Of a stretch of DNA of 64,000 nucleotides, positions 8,377 to 17,999 are shown in pieces. The position numbers and the translations under genes are program-made. The notes under the pieces are model-generated. The model saw only the letters and a list, made by a program, of their open reading frames with translations, ran no database searches and was not told the DNA's origin. Source of the stretch: an uncultured Pseudobdellovibrionaceae bacterium (lineage in GTDB: Bacteria; Bdellovibrionota; Bdellovibrionia; Bdellovibrionales; JAGQZY01). The stretch is from NCBI GenBank assembly GCA_964351315.1, contig CAYGNH010000007.1, positions 69,755-133,754 on the forward strand. Direction: 5' to 3'. Numbering within the stretch: position 1 is the stretch's first letter; each line of letters begins with the position of its first letter.

Positions 8377-9279
8377 ATGGGCCTATCGGAATTTTTGAGA
8401 AAAACATTTGTAAGCCAAACGTCTAGGGTTAAAGAATCCGGGCAAGCGGTTATTGAGTACCTGCTGGTTTTGTTTATCACCGTGGCCCTTGTCCTTGGCT
8501 TAATGTACCAGTTTAACGACGCTTTTAAACAATTTCTTGATACATATTTTGGTGACTACATTGCCTGCCTGCTAGAAACCGGTGAACTGCCGAGTCTTGG
8601 TGGAACGGGCCCTAACCAGGGTCAATGTGTGACTCCATTTGGTGACTTCAATATTGCGGCAGGAGCCAGTCAAATCAATCCTTCTTCTAACTCTTCGGGG
8701 GGGGCGGGATCAGATTCAAATAGCAGCAGTTCTAATAATAGTGGTTCTTCAGATAGTAGTGGTGGTAGTAGAGGCAATCAGAGTTTGCGTCGCAGTCGTG
8801 TGTCTAGCTCAGGTGCCCCCGGAAATGGAGAAACCACGGGAAGTGGCCGCGCCACGCCCGGTCGGCCGGCGCGAGTGCAACAATCAAGTTTAAATAACTC
8901 ATCCAATCAAGGTGGATTCGACTCAAAAAGTGCTGAAGGCCGCTCGGGTGGCGGCCGAGGGCAAACTCGGCGCCGCAAGCGTATCATTTACCTGGGTGAA
9001 AACTATATGAGCAAAGAGGCCAAAGAGAAGAAAGATCAAGCTGTTTTAGGAAAAGCGAAGGCCAAAAAGGATGCGAGTGGGGCGGGGAGCCTTCGCAAGC
9101 CCACAATGGCATTGGCCGTTCCGGAGCCTAAAAAAATGTCGATTAGCAGTAGTGATTCTGGGATGAGCTTTGGGAACTTTATCAAGTTCTTGATTATCGC
9201 TGGTATTGTCATTGCGATTGTCCTGCTTCTCGGCGGACAGGCTATGCAAATTAAAAAAAGTTGGCAAAAATCAGATTAG
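8377..9279 (+). CDS. Protein with an Flp/TadE-type class III leader, a long Ser/Gly/Asn-rich low-complexity region and a C-terminal TM anchor
   Basis: I chose the start at ATG 8377, because the track start 8335 overlaps the divergent gene. The N-terminus is KESGQAVIEYLLVLFITVALVLG (G-x-x-x-x-EY plus helix). The middle contains SNSSGGAGSDSNSSSSNNSGSSDSSGG, and the C-terminus is FLIIAGIVIAIVLLLGG. Confidence 0.65.
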   Translation: MGLSEFLRKTFVSQTSRVKESGQAVIEYLLVLFITVALVLGLMYQFNDAFKQFLDTYFGDYIACLLETGELPSLGGTGPNQGQCVTPFGDFNIAAGASQINPSSNSSGGAGSDSNSSSSNNSGSSDSSGGSRGNQSLRRSRVSSSGAPGNGETTGSGRATPGRPARVQQSSLNNSSNQGGFDSKSAEGRSGGGRGQTRRRKRIIYLGENYMSKEAKEKKDQAVLGKAKAKKDASGAGSLRKPTMALAVPEPKKMSISSSDSGMSFGNFIKFLIIAGIVIAIVLLLGGQAMQIKKSWQKSD

Positions 9280-9295
9280 AAGTTAAAACGGGAGC

Positions 9296-10897
9296 ATGCG
9301 AATTGCTCTAGCTCAAATGAACTCCTATCTCGGAGATTTCACCGGGAATGTTAATAAAATTGTAGAAATGGCGGAAAACGCTCGTGACAAAAGGTGTGAC
9401 TTAGTGATCTTTCCTGAGCTCAATTTGTTGGGCTATCACCCTTGTGACTTGATGGAAAGGCCAGCGGTGATAGAGCGTCAGAGAGAAGCCGTAAGTGACC
9501 TTCTTAAAAAGTTGCCTTCTGATATTCACTGTTTGATTGGTGCAGCCTCGTCTAATCCAGACAAGGGAAAGCCTTACTTTAATTCGGCTCTTTTGATTCA
9601 AAATAAAAAAATTTTGGGAACCTTCAGTAAAGAGTTGTTGCCCGTCTATGATGTTTTTGACGATAGCCGACACTTCTCATCTGGAGATATCAAAAGTAAC
9701 ACCTTTGAAATTAAGGGAAAAAAGTTTCAACTCTTGATTTGTGAAGACATGTGGGGCTGGGACCCATTGCATGAACACAATCCAATTTTGGATATTGCTC
9801 CCGAGAACATTGACTACGTTGTGAATATGAGTGCCTCTCCGTTCACACTAGACAAACGAAACTTACGCTTGATCCATGCCCGTTCAACCTCCAAACATCT
9901 GCAGGCACCCTTAGTTTATGTCAATATGGTTGGTGCTCAAGACGAACTGATTTATGACGGTGGTAGCTTTGCGATTCAAGCCGACGGGAGTCTTTTATCT
10001 CAGAGTGCCTACTTTGTTGAAGACTTGAATGTCGTGGATTACGAAAAAAGTGAGGGAGGACTAAGGCAAGTCCCAAGCGACAACACCACTCATCTGTACC
10101 AAGCCCTCGTCTTGGGCATCCGAGATTTTATACGTAAGGTTGGATTTCAAAAAGCCCATCTTGGGTTAAGTGGAGGTATCGACTCGGCGGTGGTTGCCTG
10201 TTTGGTGGCAGATGCCATCGGCCCACAAAATCTTACCACTATTGCTATGCCCTCTGAATTTAATAGTAGAGAAAGCGAAAAACTGGCTGAACAATTGGCC
10301 ACCAACTTAGGTTGCCAAAATTACGTGTTACCCATACAGGACAGTTATCAGTCCCTTGTTGAGTCCTATGAAAAGTGTTTTGGTAAAAAAGAATTTTCAT
10401 TAGTTCACGAAAATTTTCAGGCTCGATTGCGTGGGGTTTTTCTTATGGGCTTCTCAAATGAAAATAGTAGTTTATTAATCAGTACGGGCAATAAAAGTGA
10501 ATATGCCACGGGCTTTTCCACGCTTTATGGGGATATGTGTGGGGGCCTGTCTCCGATCGGCGATCTTCTTAAATCACAGGTTTACGAAATCGCCAATTAT
10601 TACAATCGGGAGCATGAACTGATTCCTCAAGGAATTATCACGCGACCGCCCAGTGCGGAACTTAAACCTGACCAACAAGATAGTGATTCCCTCCCGGCTT
10701 ACGATCTTCTTGATGCCTCTGTCGAATCTCTAGTCAGTAAAAAACAAAAAGCCAAAAATGAAACCGACGAATGGGTTTTGCAGAAGCTATATTTTTCCGA
10801 ATTTAAAAGATGGCAGAGCCCTCCGATTCTGAAAGTTTCGGATCATGCCTTTGGGCAAGGTCGGAGGATGCCGATTGCCCACAAGGCTCTTTACTAA
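9296..10897 (+). CDS. nadE: Glutamine-dependent NAD+ synthetase (CN-hydrolase + NAD synthase domains)
   Basis: 533 aa. The N-terminal nitrilase-like domain shows FPEL and ICEDMW. The C-terminal domain has the P-loop LGLSGGIDSAV. Confidence 0.9.
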   Translation: MRIALAQMNSYLGDFTGNVNKIVEMAENARDKRCDLVIFPELNLLGYHPCDLMERPAVIERQREAVSDLLKKLPSDIHCLIGAASSNPDKGKPYFNSALLIQNKKILGTFSKELLPVYDVFDDSRHFSSGDIKSNTFEIKGKKFQLLICEDMWGWDPLHEHNPILDIAPENIDYVVNMSASPFTLDKRNLRLIHARSTSKHLQAPLVYVNMVGAQDELIYDGGSFAIQADGSLLSQSAYFVEDLNVVDYEKSEGGLRQVPSDNTTHLYQALVLGIRDFIRKVGFQKAHLGLSGGIDSAVVACLVADAIGPQNLTTIAMPSEFNSRESEKLAEQLATNLGCQNYVLPIQDSYQSLVESYEKCFGKKEFSLVHENFQARLRGVFLMGFSNENSSLLISTGNKSEYATGFSTLYGDMCGGLSPIGDLLKSQVYEIANYYNREHELIPQGIITRPPSAELKPDQQDSDSLPAYDLLDASVESLVSKKQKAKNETDEWVLQKLYFSEFKRWQSPPILKVSDHAFGQGRRMPIAHKALY

Positions 10898-10916
10898 AAG
10901 TAAGAGTTTTTAGGGT

Positions 10917-11210
10917 TTATTCTTCAGGCAGTTTAAAAGAAAATTCAGATATTAACTCACTCAGGTCCAGTTGGCAGGCCAAGCGCTCTTCAGGTAAAAA
11001 GCCTCGATCATCTGCCATTTCTTGTTCTAGGAGATTTCTTGGAGGCAGACTTAGCAACCCCTTAGTAACGATGATTCGACAGGTTCCGCAGCTGGCCATT
11101 CCTTCGCAGGAATGCGAGAGCGATAGCTTCTTTTTTAAGGCTAGAAGAAGCAGGTTTTCGGCTTCTTCAGAGTCTAAATCAAGGTCCTCGGTGTCGTAGT
11201 GAATCTTCAT
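10917..11210 (-). CDS. 2Fe-2S ferredoxin
   Basis: 97 aa with cluster ligands CEGMASCGTC (C-x5-C-x2-C) and a distal LACQ. Confidence 0.75.
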   Translation of the reverse strand: MKIHYDTEDLDLDSEEAENLLLLALKKKLSLSHSCEGMASCGTCRIIVTKGLLSLPPRNLLEQEMADDRGFLPEERLACQLDLSELISEFSFKLPEE

Positions 11211-11321
11211 ATCTTTAAATTATTTCAACATGTTACAAAGTACAAAAAAAAAGTGAATGTTTCGAGGCAAAATCTTGCCTCTGTGGACATTCGATGGTTA
11301 ATTCTTGTTATAGGGGACTTT

Positions 11322-11936
11322 ATGGATTTTATTGCCTTTGATTTGGAGACAACAGGAACGGTTGCGGGCGTCGACCAGATTGTTGAAATAGGGGCTGTTC
11401 GCTACATAAACTATCAACCCGAAGGGACCTACTCGACCCTCGTCAACCCGCGACGATCAATGCCCGCTGGAGCCACTGCCGTCAATGGCATTACCGATGA
11501 TATGTTGGTCGGCAAGCCTTTTATCGAAGATCTTTTAGAATCGTTTGCTGATTTTTGTGGTGAATTTCCATTGGTGGCCCATAATGCTCCTTTTGATACC
11601 CAGTTTTTGAAAGCGGACATTGTCAAACACGAGGTTCCTGGCCCGAAAGGTATTGTGTTAGACACTCTGCCAATTTCCAGGAAGGTTTTTCCGGGTTTAG
11701 CAAATTACAAGCTGGGAACTTTGGTGCAACACTTGGATATTCCGGCGGGGCAATTTCATCGTGCTGAGGAAGATGCTTCCTATTGTGGAAATCTTTTTAT
11801 AGAAATTACCAAAAAGATTTTCAACCCGGGTGAAACCATAGTCGTCGACAACCTAGTGGCACTTACTGGGCGGCCAGAATATCGATTTCCAGTTGTCGAG
11901 AAAAAAGAAAAGCAGTTAGAGTGGGGACTTCTTTAG
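11322..11936 (+). CDS. DEDDh 3'-5' exonuclease (DnaQ/epsilon-like)
   Basis: Start at ATG 11322 (MDFIAFDLETTG, the Exo I motif). It also has HNAPFD and HRAEEDA motifs. An SD (AGGGGA) lies upstream. The track ORF starts at 11199 but overlaps the divergent ferredoxin gene. Confidence 0.85.
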   Translation: MDFIAFDLETTGTVAGVDQIVEIGAVRYINYQPEGTYSTLVNPRRSMPAGATAVNGITDDMLVGKPFIEDLLESFADFCGEFPLVAHNAPFDTQFLKADIVKHEVPGPKGIVLDTLPISRKVFPGLANYKLGTLVQHLDIPAGQFHRAEEDASYCGNLFIEITKKIFNPGETIVVDNLVALTGRPEYRFPVVEKKEKQLEWGLL

Positions 11937-13147
11937 TAATCACCGATAAAAAACGGGTTGGTATAAATCCAGGCTAACCATCTTTTGTTGTCAGGAAGGG
12001 GAAGTTGAGGTTGGACTTTTACAACCACTCGGTAGCTACCCGGTTTATCCAAATTTATTTTGATGGCCGATTCCTTAGAGCGAAAATATTTTTCACCATT
12101 TAAAAAAACTTCGATTGAAGTGGGAACGACAAGTCCTTTTGGAAGCTCGACGATCAGTTGATCGCCTTTTTTTAAATCAATCTTTGATCCCATAAGAAAA
12201 TATTTTTCTCCTCTTCGAACATAGGCTGCAAATCCGGAGGGATCACCGATTGCATCGAAAGCAAAGTAAAAATGACCATTGCTTACCGAAGAAAATATTT
12301 TTTTCCGATCGGACTCTAAATGTCCGGTCAATTCAGAGGCGAGCAAAATATGGTTCGAGGCAAATCGAAAACTCTTTTCGTAAGAAGGAAAAGTAAAATT
12401 AAGGCCCAAAAGTTTAAATATTTTCGCTGTAGTTTCATTGCCCAAAAAACCGATAGTTGGTTTCTTTTTATTGAGAAAATCCCAAAGTTCAAGTTCTCGT
12501 TTTGGTTCCTTGATAAGGCGAAGCAAAGACAATTGAGGGTTCCAAGGATAGGTAAAGATAGACCAAACAAAATCACTTCGGTCTTGAAACCATCTCTCTT
12601 GCCACTGCTGTCGCATATTTATGACCTCGATCCCGTCCAGTCCAATAGGGTATTCACCTCGCCACTCATGATTTACCTTAAAGGGATGAGCCAAGACGGT
12701 AAGATATTTTTTATCTTTAGATGGAGGCTCTGAAAAATGTTGATGCAATTGAGCGTGCGCAGTCCCAAGGCTATCAAAATAGAAATCAGGGTTTGCCGAG
12801 TAAACAAGAATATGGGAATCCAAATAACTGAGTTTCTGTGCAGAAAAAGTGAAAACATCCCCTTGATAGCCAGCAAGATCATAAGGCCTTTCAATTAGAT
12901 TCAGATCTGTGAAAAAAAGAAATGAAAGGTCGGCGTTTCCGGCCTCTATTAAAATATTTGGAGGTGGAGAGCTACCTTTTGAAAACGAAGTCACAACATG
13001 ACTCACTCCTCGGTAGTCGTGAAAAAGAGAGTGCTCTCGTTTTTCGGTGGGATTGGCAAATATTTTTAGTTGAAATGTAGCTAAATAAAACCCAAAACTA
13101 AAATAAACCAATAGTACAAAGCTAAAAAACAAAAACAAGCGTCTCAT
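11933..13147 (-). CDS. Hypothetical membrane-anchored protein (weak PHP-phosphoesterase-like impression)
   Basis: 404 aa with an N-terminal TM. YRGVSHVVTSFSKG and LAHPF…GIEVIN vaguely resemble PHP motifs. Its ATG overlaps the GT39 stop (ATGA). Confidence 0.55.
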   Translation of the reverse strand: MRRLFLFFSFVLLVYFSFGFYLATFQLKIFANPTEKREHSLFHDYRGVSHVVTSFSKGSSPPPNILIEAGNADLSFLFFTDLNLIERPYDLAGYQGDVFTFSAQKLSYLDSHILVYSANPDFYFDSLGTAHAQLHQHFSEPPSKDKKYLTVLAHPFKVNHEWRGEYPIGLDGIEVINMRQQWQERWFQDRSDFVWSIFTYPWNPQLSLLRLIKEPKRELELWDFLNKKKPTIGFLGNETTAKIFKLLGLNFTFPSYEKSFRFASNHILLASELTGHLESDRKKIFSSVSNGHFYFAFDAIGDPSGFAAYVRRGEKYFLMGSKIDLKKGDQLIVELPKGLVVPTSIEVFLNGEKYFRSKESAIKINLDKPGSYRVVVKVQPQLPLPDNKRWLAWIYTNPFFIGDY

Positions 13148-14475
13148 CGAGGAGCCACCTCAATCAGTTTAAAGTTTTGCCCCAATTCGGATCTGCTGAT
13201 TTTTTCAAGTCCTGGGAACTGTTCCGAAAAATCTCTTTCATCATCTTTTTCGGTGATATACGAAAAGCCACGACCATAATTACTGCATTCTTCGAGAAAC
13301 TGGAAGTGGTCGGGTCGGCCAAACCCTGGGAGCTTGCAAATGAGTCGATTCTTCTTAAAGCTGAGAAAGCTGGCCATTTGATAACTGTAGGCATAATAAG
13401 TTTTATTGTCATCTAGCTCAGGCAAAATTTCCTGGTACTTATCGGCTTCAAAAAGTTTGATGTTATCCAAGGGTACAATCTTTTGTAAAGGAATCGTGCC
13501 AAGAGCCACAAGGAAAAGAAGAGCCCACAAAGACACCGACTTACGGCAGTAAGCCCAGGTCCGCTCATTTGTGAAAAGGGTACTGAGAGCATAGATGCAG
13601 GGAACAGACATAATCACCCAATTGGCCTCGACTCGTCCCTTAAAAGAGGAGTAAAGAAAAAAGGCAAATGGAAAAGTGGCAAAAGGAAGCAACCAATGAG
13701 ATTTCCAGTTCTGATTTTTTGAAAAAAAGAAGATCAAAAATGGGGGGAATAAAATGGCTACCTGTGAAAGAATAAACTCTAGAGGTATTGTCCATTTCCA
13801 ATATTTAAAACTCATGCCGTGGTTCCATTGGAAAAGGAAGGAAACCCAATCGTGTTGCGCATTCCACAAAAAAACCGGAGAACAAACAATAAGAGCGAGG
13901 GCAACAGATGCCAGCGCTTTGATCGTGAAAAGCCTTTTCCACAATGATTGTTGCCAAAGCATCAGTAAAAGGCAGGGGAGAAACAAAGCGATTTGATACT
14001 TGGATAGAAAACCAAGGCCGAGAGCGACCGCTAACCCCAAATAGTCTTTCCAGGTCTCGCGAAACAGAATGCGCTGAACATAGTACAACGAGAGACTCCA
14101 AAAAAAGACTAAAGGAATATCCGGGGTTGCGATAAAGGCGCCCCAGCCCCAAAGAGGGTTTAGAAGTCCGATGCACAGAAACCAAAATCGCTTGCCTTGA
14201 CTGAGTTGGCTTTTTAAAATTTGATCCCAAACTAAAAGAGTCATGTGGGTTATTAATAGAAAGGGCCAACGAATGGCTCCCTCTGCGAGTCCTTTTAAAG
14301 GTTGCGACAAAGCCATGACCCAGCCGACCATTGGTGGATGGTCAAAATAAGAGAGAGAGAGTTGATGCCCCCAAAGAAAATAGTAGAACTCATCCAAAGT
14401 TAAAGGAATTGTTAATGAAATCAGAAATTTCACAGCCAGTGATGACCAAAATAACGTTTTAATATTAGTTTTCAC
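13144..14475 (-). CDS. Glycosyltransferase family 39 (ArnT/PMT-like, polytopic)
   Basis: 443 aa. The N-terminal motif LDEFYYFLWGHQLSLSYFDHPPMVGW is typical of ArnT-like lipid-linked sugar transferases, and the protein has many TM helices. Its GTG start overlaps the rodZ stop (GTGA). Confidence 0.8.
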   Translation of the reverse strand: MKTNIKTLFWSSLAVKFLISLTIPLTLDEFYYFLWGHQLSLSYFDHPPMVGWVMALSQPLKGLAEGAIRWPFLLITHMTLLVWDQILKSQLSQGKRFWFLCIGLLNPLWGWGAFIATPDIPLVFFWSLSLYYVQRILFRETWKDYLGLAVALGLGFLSKYQIALFLPCLLLMLWQQSLWKRLFTIKALASVALALIVCSPVFLWNAQHDWVSFLFQWNHGMSFKYWKWTIPLEFILSQVAILFPPFLIFFFSKNQNWKSHWLLPFATFPFAFFLYSSFKGRVEANWVIMSVPCIYALSTLFTNERTWAYCRKSVSLWALLFLVALGTIPLQKIVPLDNIKLFEADKYQEILPELDDNKTYYAYSYQMASFLSFKKNRLICKLPGFGRPDHFQFLEECSNYGRGFSYITEKDDERDFSEQFPGLEKISRSELGQNFKLIEVAPR

Positions 14476-15470
14476 GGGTACTGAATTTCAATCGGTTTAT
14501 TGAACGAGCCGGGAACTTTCTTTTCGGATTCATTGAAAGAAACTTGCACAGCCCCACCATTGTTTACTCGCAAGGTGATGGGTTGAGAAAACACTAAGGT
14601 TTTGCTCTCGTTGCTCTTCAAAAGCATGACTTGGACATAGCCGTCGGCCCAAACAACCTCGGCTCGAACGGGCTCTAAAGCTGTTAAGGTGAGTTTATTG
14701 TCGGACACTAAATCGGGTTTCTGGTCGGGTTCATTGGCTGGGGGGCCACCAAAATTATCTTCACTGAAGTCCCCTTCAGACATATCCATTGGTTTTACTT
14801 GGGCCACTGGTTTTTGTGGCTGCACGTCGTTGGCCTTTTCTGGGGCAGGACTATCTTTCGGTCGAATTGTTTGGGATTTGTCTTCGGCACGACCTGAGGT
14901 CTCGGGTTGACCTTCGGATGAATGATTTGTTGGGTCATCAGTCTCATTCATTTCAGCGTCCTCTTTTTCAAGCTCCGCCACTTCGGAAGTCACAGTTTCA
15001 TCATCACTAACAAAAACTTCTTGTGGTAAAGCCTCTTCTTTCGAATATGAATTCATTTTATCGACCACTTGAAAAATGATGAAAACCAGAAGGAGGCTGA
15101 GTAGGCCGCTGGCCCCAATGGTGATGAACTTTGGAATTTTAAAAACACCCACTAACTGGGGGTCTTCAGTGTCATTTTTGTTAGGCTCTTTCAGGGGGGG
15201 AGTGTCGATAGTAGGTGCCTCAGCAGAGCCAGGCGACTCTTGAAAAGCTTCAGAGATCAAGCTGTTCAATTGATCCATATCAACCCGCAATTCACGAGCG
15301 TAGCTTTTAATCAAACCAATACAAAAAACTTTGGCTGGCAAGGAGTCTTTATTTCCGGCCTCAATATCCCGTAACTTTTGGATATGAATTTTAGTTCGAG
15401 TCTCAAGGTCTTCGAGGCTGAGTTTTTGGGATTCTCGCTGCTTCTTAAGGTATTGTCCAAGTTCTTTCAT
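14472..15470 (-). CDS. rodZ: RodZ-like cytoskeleton protein (XRE HTH + TM + DUF4115-like C-terminus)
   Basis: It has an N-terminal HTH (LSLEDLETRTKIHIQKLRDIEAG), a single TM, an acidic/Pro-rich linker and a C-terminal beta domain. It sits in the conserved pilW-rodZ neighbourhood. Confidence 0.75.
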   Translation of the reverse strand: MKELGQYLKKQRESQKLSLEDLETRTKIHIQKLRDIEAGNKDSLPAKVFCIGLIKSYARELRVDMDQLNSLISEAFQESPGSAEAPTIDTPPLKEPNKNDTEDPQLVGVFKIPKFITIGASGLLSLLLVFIIFQVVDKMNSYSKEEALPQEVFVSDDETVTSEVAELEKEDAEMNETDDPTNHSSEGQPETSGRAEDKSQTIRPKDSPAPEKANDVQPQKPVAQVKPMDMSEGDFSEDNFGGPPANEPDQKPDLVSDNKLTLTALEPVRAEVVWADGYVQVMLLKSNESKTLVFSQPITLRVNNGGAVQVSFNESEKKVPGSFNKPIEIQYP

Positions 15471-15471
15471 T

Positions 15472-16245
15472 TTACTTCGTATCTGTTAGTTGCATTAGGT
15501 TGATCATTTCATCTATTTTTTCTCGATTGGGTCCATCTGGAAATTTCTTTTTCCCTTCTTGTAGTCGAGCGATGGCCTTGGCTTTATAACCTAGGCGGAA
15601 AAAAGATATTGCGCTGTAATAGTGGGGCTCATCGAAACCTTTTTTACGGCAATGAAAAATGGCTTGGTCCAAAGCCTTTGCGGCTTTTCGGAAATCTTCT
15701 TGCTCGACGAGACTGCGACCATAATAGTTATAAGCTAAGCAATTTTTTCGATTCATGCTGATGGATTTCAAAAAATAAGTTTCACTTTTTTTGTATTGAT
15801 TCTGAAAGAAATAGGTCAGTCCAAAATTGAGCCAGACTTTATCTTTGCTTGGATAGGTCAAATCACTCGCCGCCTGTTGCAAGTGCTGGCGAGCTCGGTC
15901 AAAGTCCTTTATTTCCAAGTACACTCGCCCGAGATTATTATGTGCTTCGGAATAACTTGGATTAAGATCTATGGATTTTTTCAAAGAAACAATGGCGTGT
16001 TCATACTCGTTCAGAAAAAAGTAGCAAAGCCCCAAGTGGTTATGAATCAACGCATTTTTGGAGTCGAGGTCTTTCGCGATTAATAATTGCTCTAAGGCTT
16101 TGGCTTTTTGTCCCTTGGAAAGCAAAGAAACACCCAGTTGGAAATGGCTGTAAGCCAATTTTTCGTTATCCTGATTAGAGGCACAAGATACAAACAAAAA
16201 AATGAAAAGAAAGGCAAGTGCCATTGAGAAAGTGTTTCGGATCAC
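15472..16245 (-). CDS. TPR lipoprotein, PilW/PilF-like
   Basis: 257 aa with lipobox LFVSCAS and multiple TPR units (…A…Y.N.G..Y). It lies immediately upstream of rodZ. Confidence 0.7.
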   Translation of the reverse strand: MIRNTFSMALAFLFIFLFVSCASNQDNEKLAYSHFQLGVSLLSKGQKAKALEQLLIAKDLDSKNALIHNHLGLCYFFLNEYEHAIVSLKKSIDLNPSYSEAHNNLGRVYLEIKDFDRARQHLQQAASDLTYPSKDKVWLNFGLTYFFQNQYKKSETYFLKSISMNRKNCLAYNYYGRSLVEQEDFRKAAKALDQAIFHCRKKGFDEPHYYSAISFFRLGYKAKAIARLQEGKKKFPDGPNREKIDEMINLMQLTDTK

Positions 16246-16266
16246 CCTGTAAAGTTAGCAAATTTT

Positions 16267-17409
16267 TTAGCAATTAGCAGTCTTTGCAGGGTTTGCGCTC
16301 CGCAATATAGTCAGACACTCGAGGTGGGCTGTTTGCGGGAACATGTCGACAGGAATCATGCGATGAATCTCCCACGGACCCTTAACCAAATGATGAAGGT
16401 CACGCGCCATCGAAGCGGGATGGCAGCTGATATAAATCAACCAGGGAGGGGAAGATTTGCACAGTTGTTCAAGAACCTCCGCTGAGCAACCCGCTCTGGG
16501 GGGATCGACGATAATTAGGTCTCCCCACAGGGGAAGTTCTTGCAGTAAAGTCAGAGCATCTCCCAATGAGTATCGACAGTTGGTCGGAGCTTTTTCTTTG
16601 GCTTTTGTAATATTGATCTTATTGTTGTCGATACCAACGCATTCAATCAGCGATGACTTTGCAGCCAAAGCCATCGACCAGTTACCCTGGCCACAAAAAA
16701 GATCAACTATTTGAGTCAGCCCCTCTCGATTAATGTGCTGGTTAATTTCTTCTGCAATGTACTCGTTTTGGCGGTCATTGACCTGACGAAATCCCAATTG
16801 ACTTCGCCCCAACTTATCGACGGCAAAGGTGGCCACCTTTGCCTCTGTTGTTTCGGCAATTTCAATTTTACTTTTTCTGCGTGGAAGTGAGGCCTTATTC
16901 TTTTTCAACCACTGGTTGATGTTTTCGCTGGCCAGAGGACATTCCTCGATGAAAATAGGTTGTTGACTGTTTTTTGCGTAATAGTGAGGTCCGTTTGGGC
17001 CGGTCTGCAGTTGAATTCGGTTGCGATAGTTGTACTGAAGAGGAGAAGGGTGGACCTCTTCAATCACATTATCCACACTCACCTTGCCCACTCGCTTAAG
17101 AACCTCAATCAGATTTCGTTTTTTCCAATACAGTTGTTTTTCATAGACTAAGTTTTGCCAATCACAGCCGCCGCATTGACCAAAGACATTGCAACGGGGG
17201 CTAACACGATCTGGCGAAGACTCTATGACTTCCACCAACCGGGCCTTTAAAAAGGTTTTCTTATGTAATGTGACTTGCACTAAAACTTTTTCGCCAGGAA
17301 GAGCGAAGGGAACAAAGACAACTTTATTTTCAAAACGGCCAACCCCGTCTCCTGAATTGGATAAGGAATCTATTGAAAGTTCGATGGGGTCGGTTGATTT
17401 AAAACTCAT
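16267..17409 (-). CDS. RumA/TrmA-family RNA (uracil-5)-methyltransferase (TRAM + Fe-S Cys cluster + SAM MTase)
   Basis: 380 aa with an N-terminal TRAM-like domain, a CNVFGQCGGC cluster, VDLFCGQG (SAM motif I), DPPRAG and a catalytic …YISCHP. Confidence 0.85.
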   Translation of the reverse strand: MSFKSTDPIELSIDSLSNSGDGVGRFENKVVFVPFALPGEKVLVQVTLHKKTFLKARLVEVIESSPDRVSPRCNVFGQCGGCDWQNLVYEKQLYWKKRNLIEVLKRVGKVSVDNVIEEVHPSPLQYNYRNRIQLQTGPNGPHYYAKNSQQPIFIEECPLASENINQWLKKNKASLPRRKSKIEIAETTEAKVATFAVDKLGRSQLGFRQVNDRQNEYIAEEINQHINREGLTQIVDLFCGQGNWSMALAAKSSLIECVGIDNNKINITKAKEKAPTNCRYSLGDALTLLQELPLWGDLIIVDPPRAGCSAEVLEQLCKSSPPWLIYISCHPASMARDLHHLVKGPWEIHRMIPVDMFPQTAHLECLTILRSANPAKTANC

Positions 17410-17453
17410 TGAGGCTGGTAGTGTCCTGCAAGGCTTGTTGCAGGACTCTACAG

Positions 17454-17879
17454 TTACTTGTTTACGATTTCGTTGGATTCGAAGAACAAAGCCAGTTCAC
17501 GCTGGGCGCTCTCGGGGCTATCACTACCGTGGACAGCATTTTCCCCAACATTGTCGCCATAGAGTTTACGAATGGTTCCGTCAGCGGCTTCGGCCGGGTT
17601 GGTGGCGCCCATGATCTCGCGGTTTTTAGCGATCGCATTGTCACCAGAGAGGCACATCAGCATGACGGGTCCAGAAGTCATAAAGCTAACAAGTTCTCCG
17701 AAAAAGGGGCGTTCTTTATGTTCGGCATAGAATTCTTCACACTGTTGTTTGCTCAGTTTAGTCAATTTTGCGGCCGCAATCTTTAAGCCATTTTCTTCAA
17801 ATTTAGCAATGATAGATCCAATAGCATTTTTGTTCATAGCATTGGGTTTGATAATCGAAAAAGTTTGTTCTACGGCCAT
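17454..17879 (-). CDS. ndk: Nucleoside diphosphate kinase
   Basis: 141 aa with TFSIIKPNA, and NAVHGSD containing the catalytic His. Confidence 0.95.
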   Translation of the reverse strand: MAVEQTFSIIKPNAMNKNAIGSIIAKFEENGLKIAAAKLTKLSKQQCEEFYAEHKERPFFGELVSFMTSGPVMLMCLSGDNAIAKNREIMGATNPAEAADGTIRKLYGDNVGENAVHGSDSPESAQRELALFFESNEIVNK

Positions 17880-17960
17880 AATGTTCTCTCCTTTTGAGAA
17901 GTGAGGCCTGTTTTTGTCTCCAGGTCCTCATCTAGGTTTCATTAATTTACAATTTAATTA

Positions 17961-17996
17961 AAAAATTCAGCCTCGTTTCTGCGGACGAGGCCTGAA
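17961..17996 (-). terminator. Rho-independent terminator after sucD
   Basis: On the minus strand: TTCAGGCCTCG-tccgcagaaa-CGAGGCTGAA followed by TTTTT, 4 nt after the sucD stop. Confidence 0.7.
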
Positions 17997-17999
17997 TTT

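Noticed and set aside
8639-8893. An 84-aa alternative-frame ORF inside the Ser/Gly/Asn-rich region of the 8377..9279 gene.
   Set aside because: It is a low-complexity frame artefact with no SD. The enclosing frame has a coherent leader and C-terminal TM.
13754-14269. Alternative-frame ORFs within the GT39 gene (13805..14269 minus; 13754..13996 and 13944..14135 plus).
   Set aside because: The GT39 frame gives a coherent polytopic ArnT-like protein. The others have no recognisable features.
17189-17786. Plus-strand ORFs of 141 and 125 aa spanning the methyltransferase/ndk junction.
   Set aside because: They run antisense to two well-supported genes (a RumA-like methyltransferase and ndk) and show no motifs.
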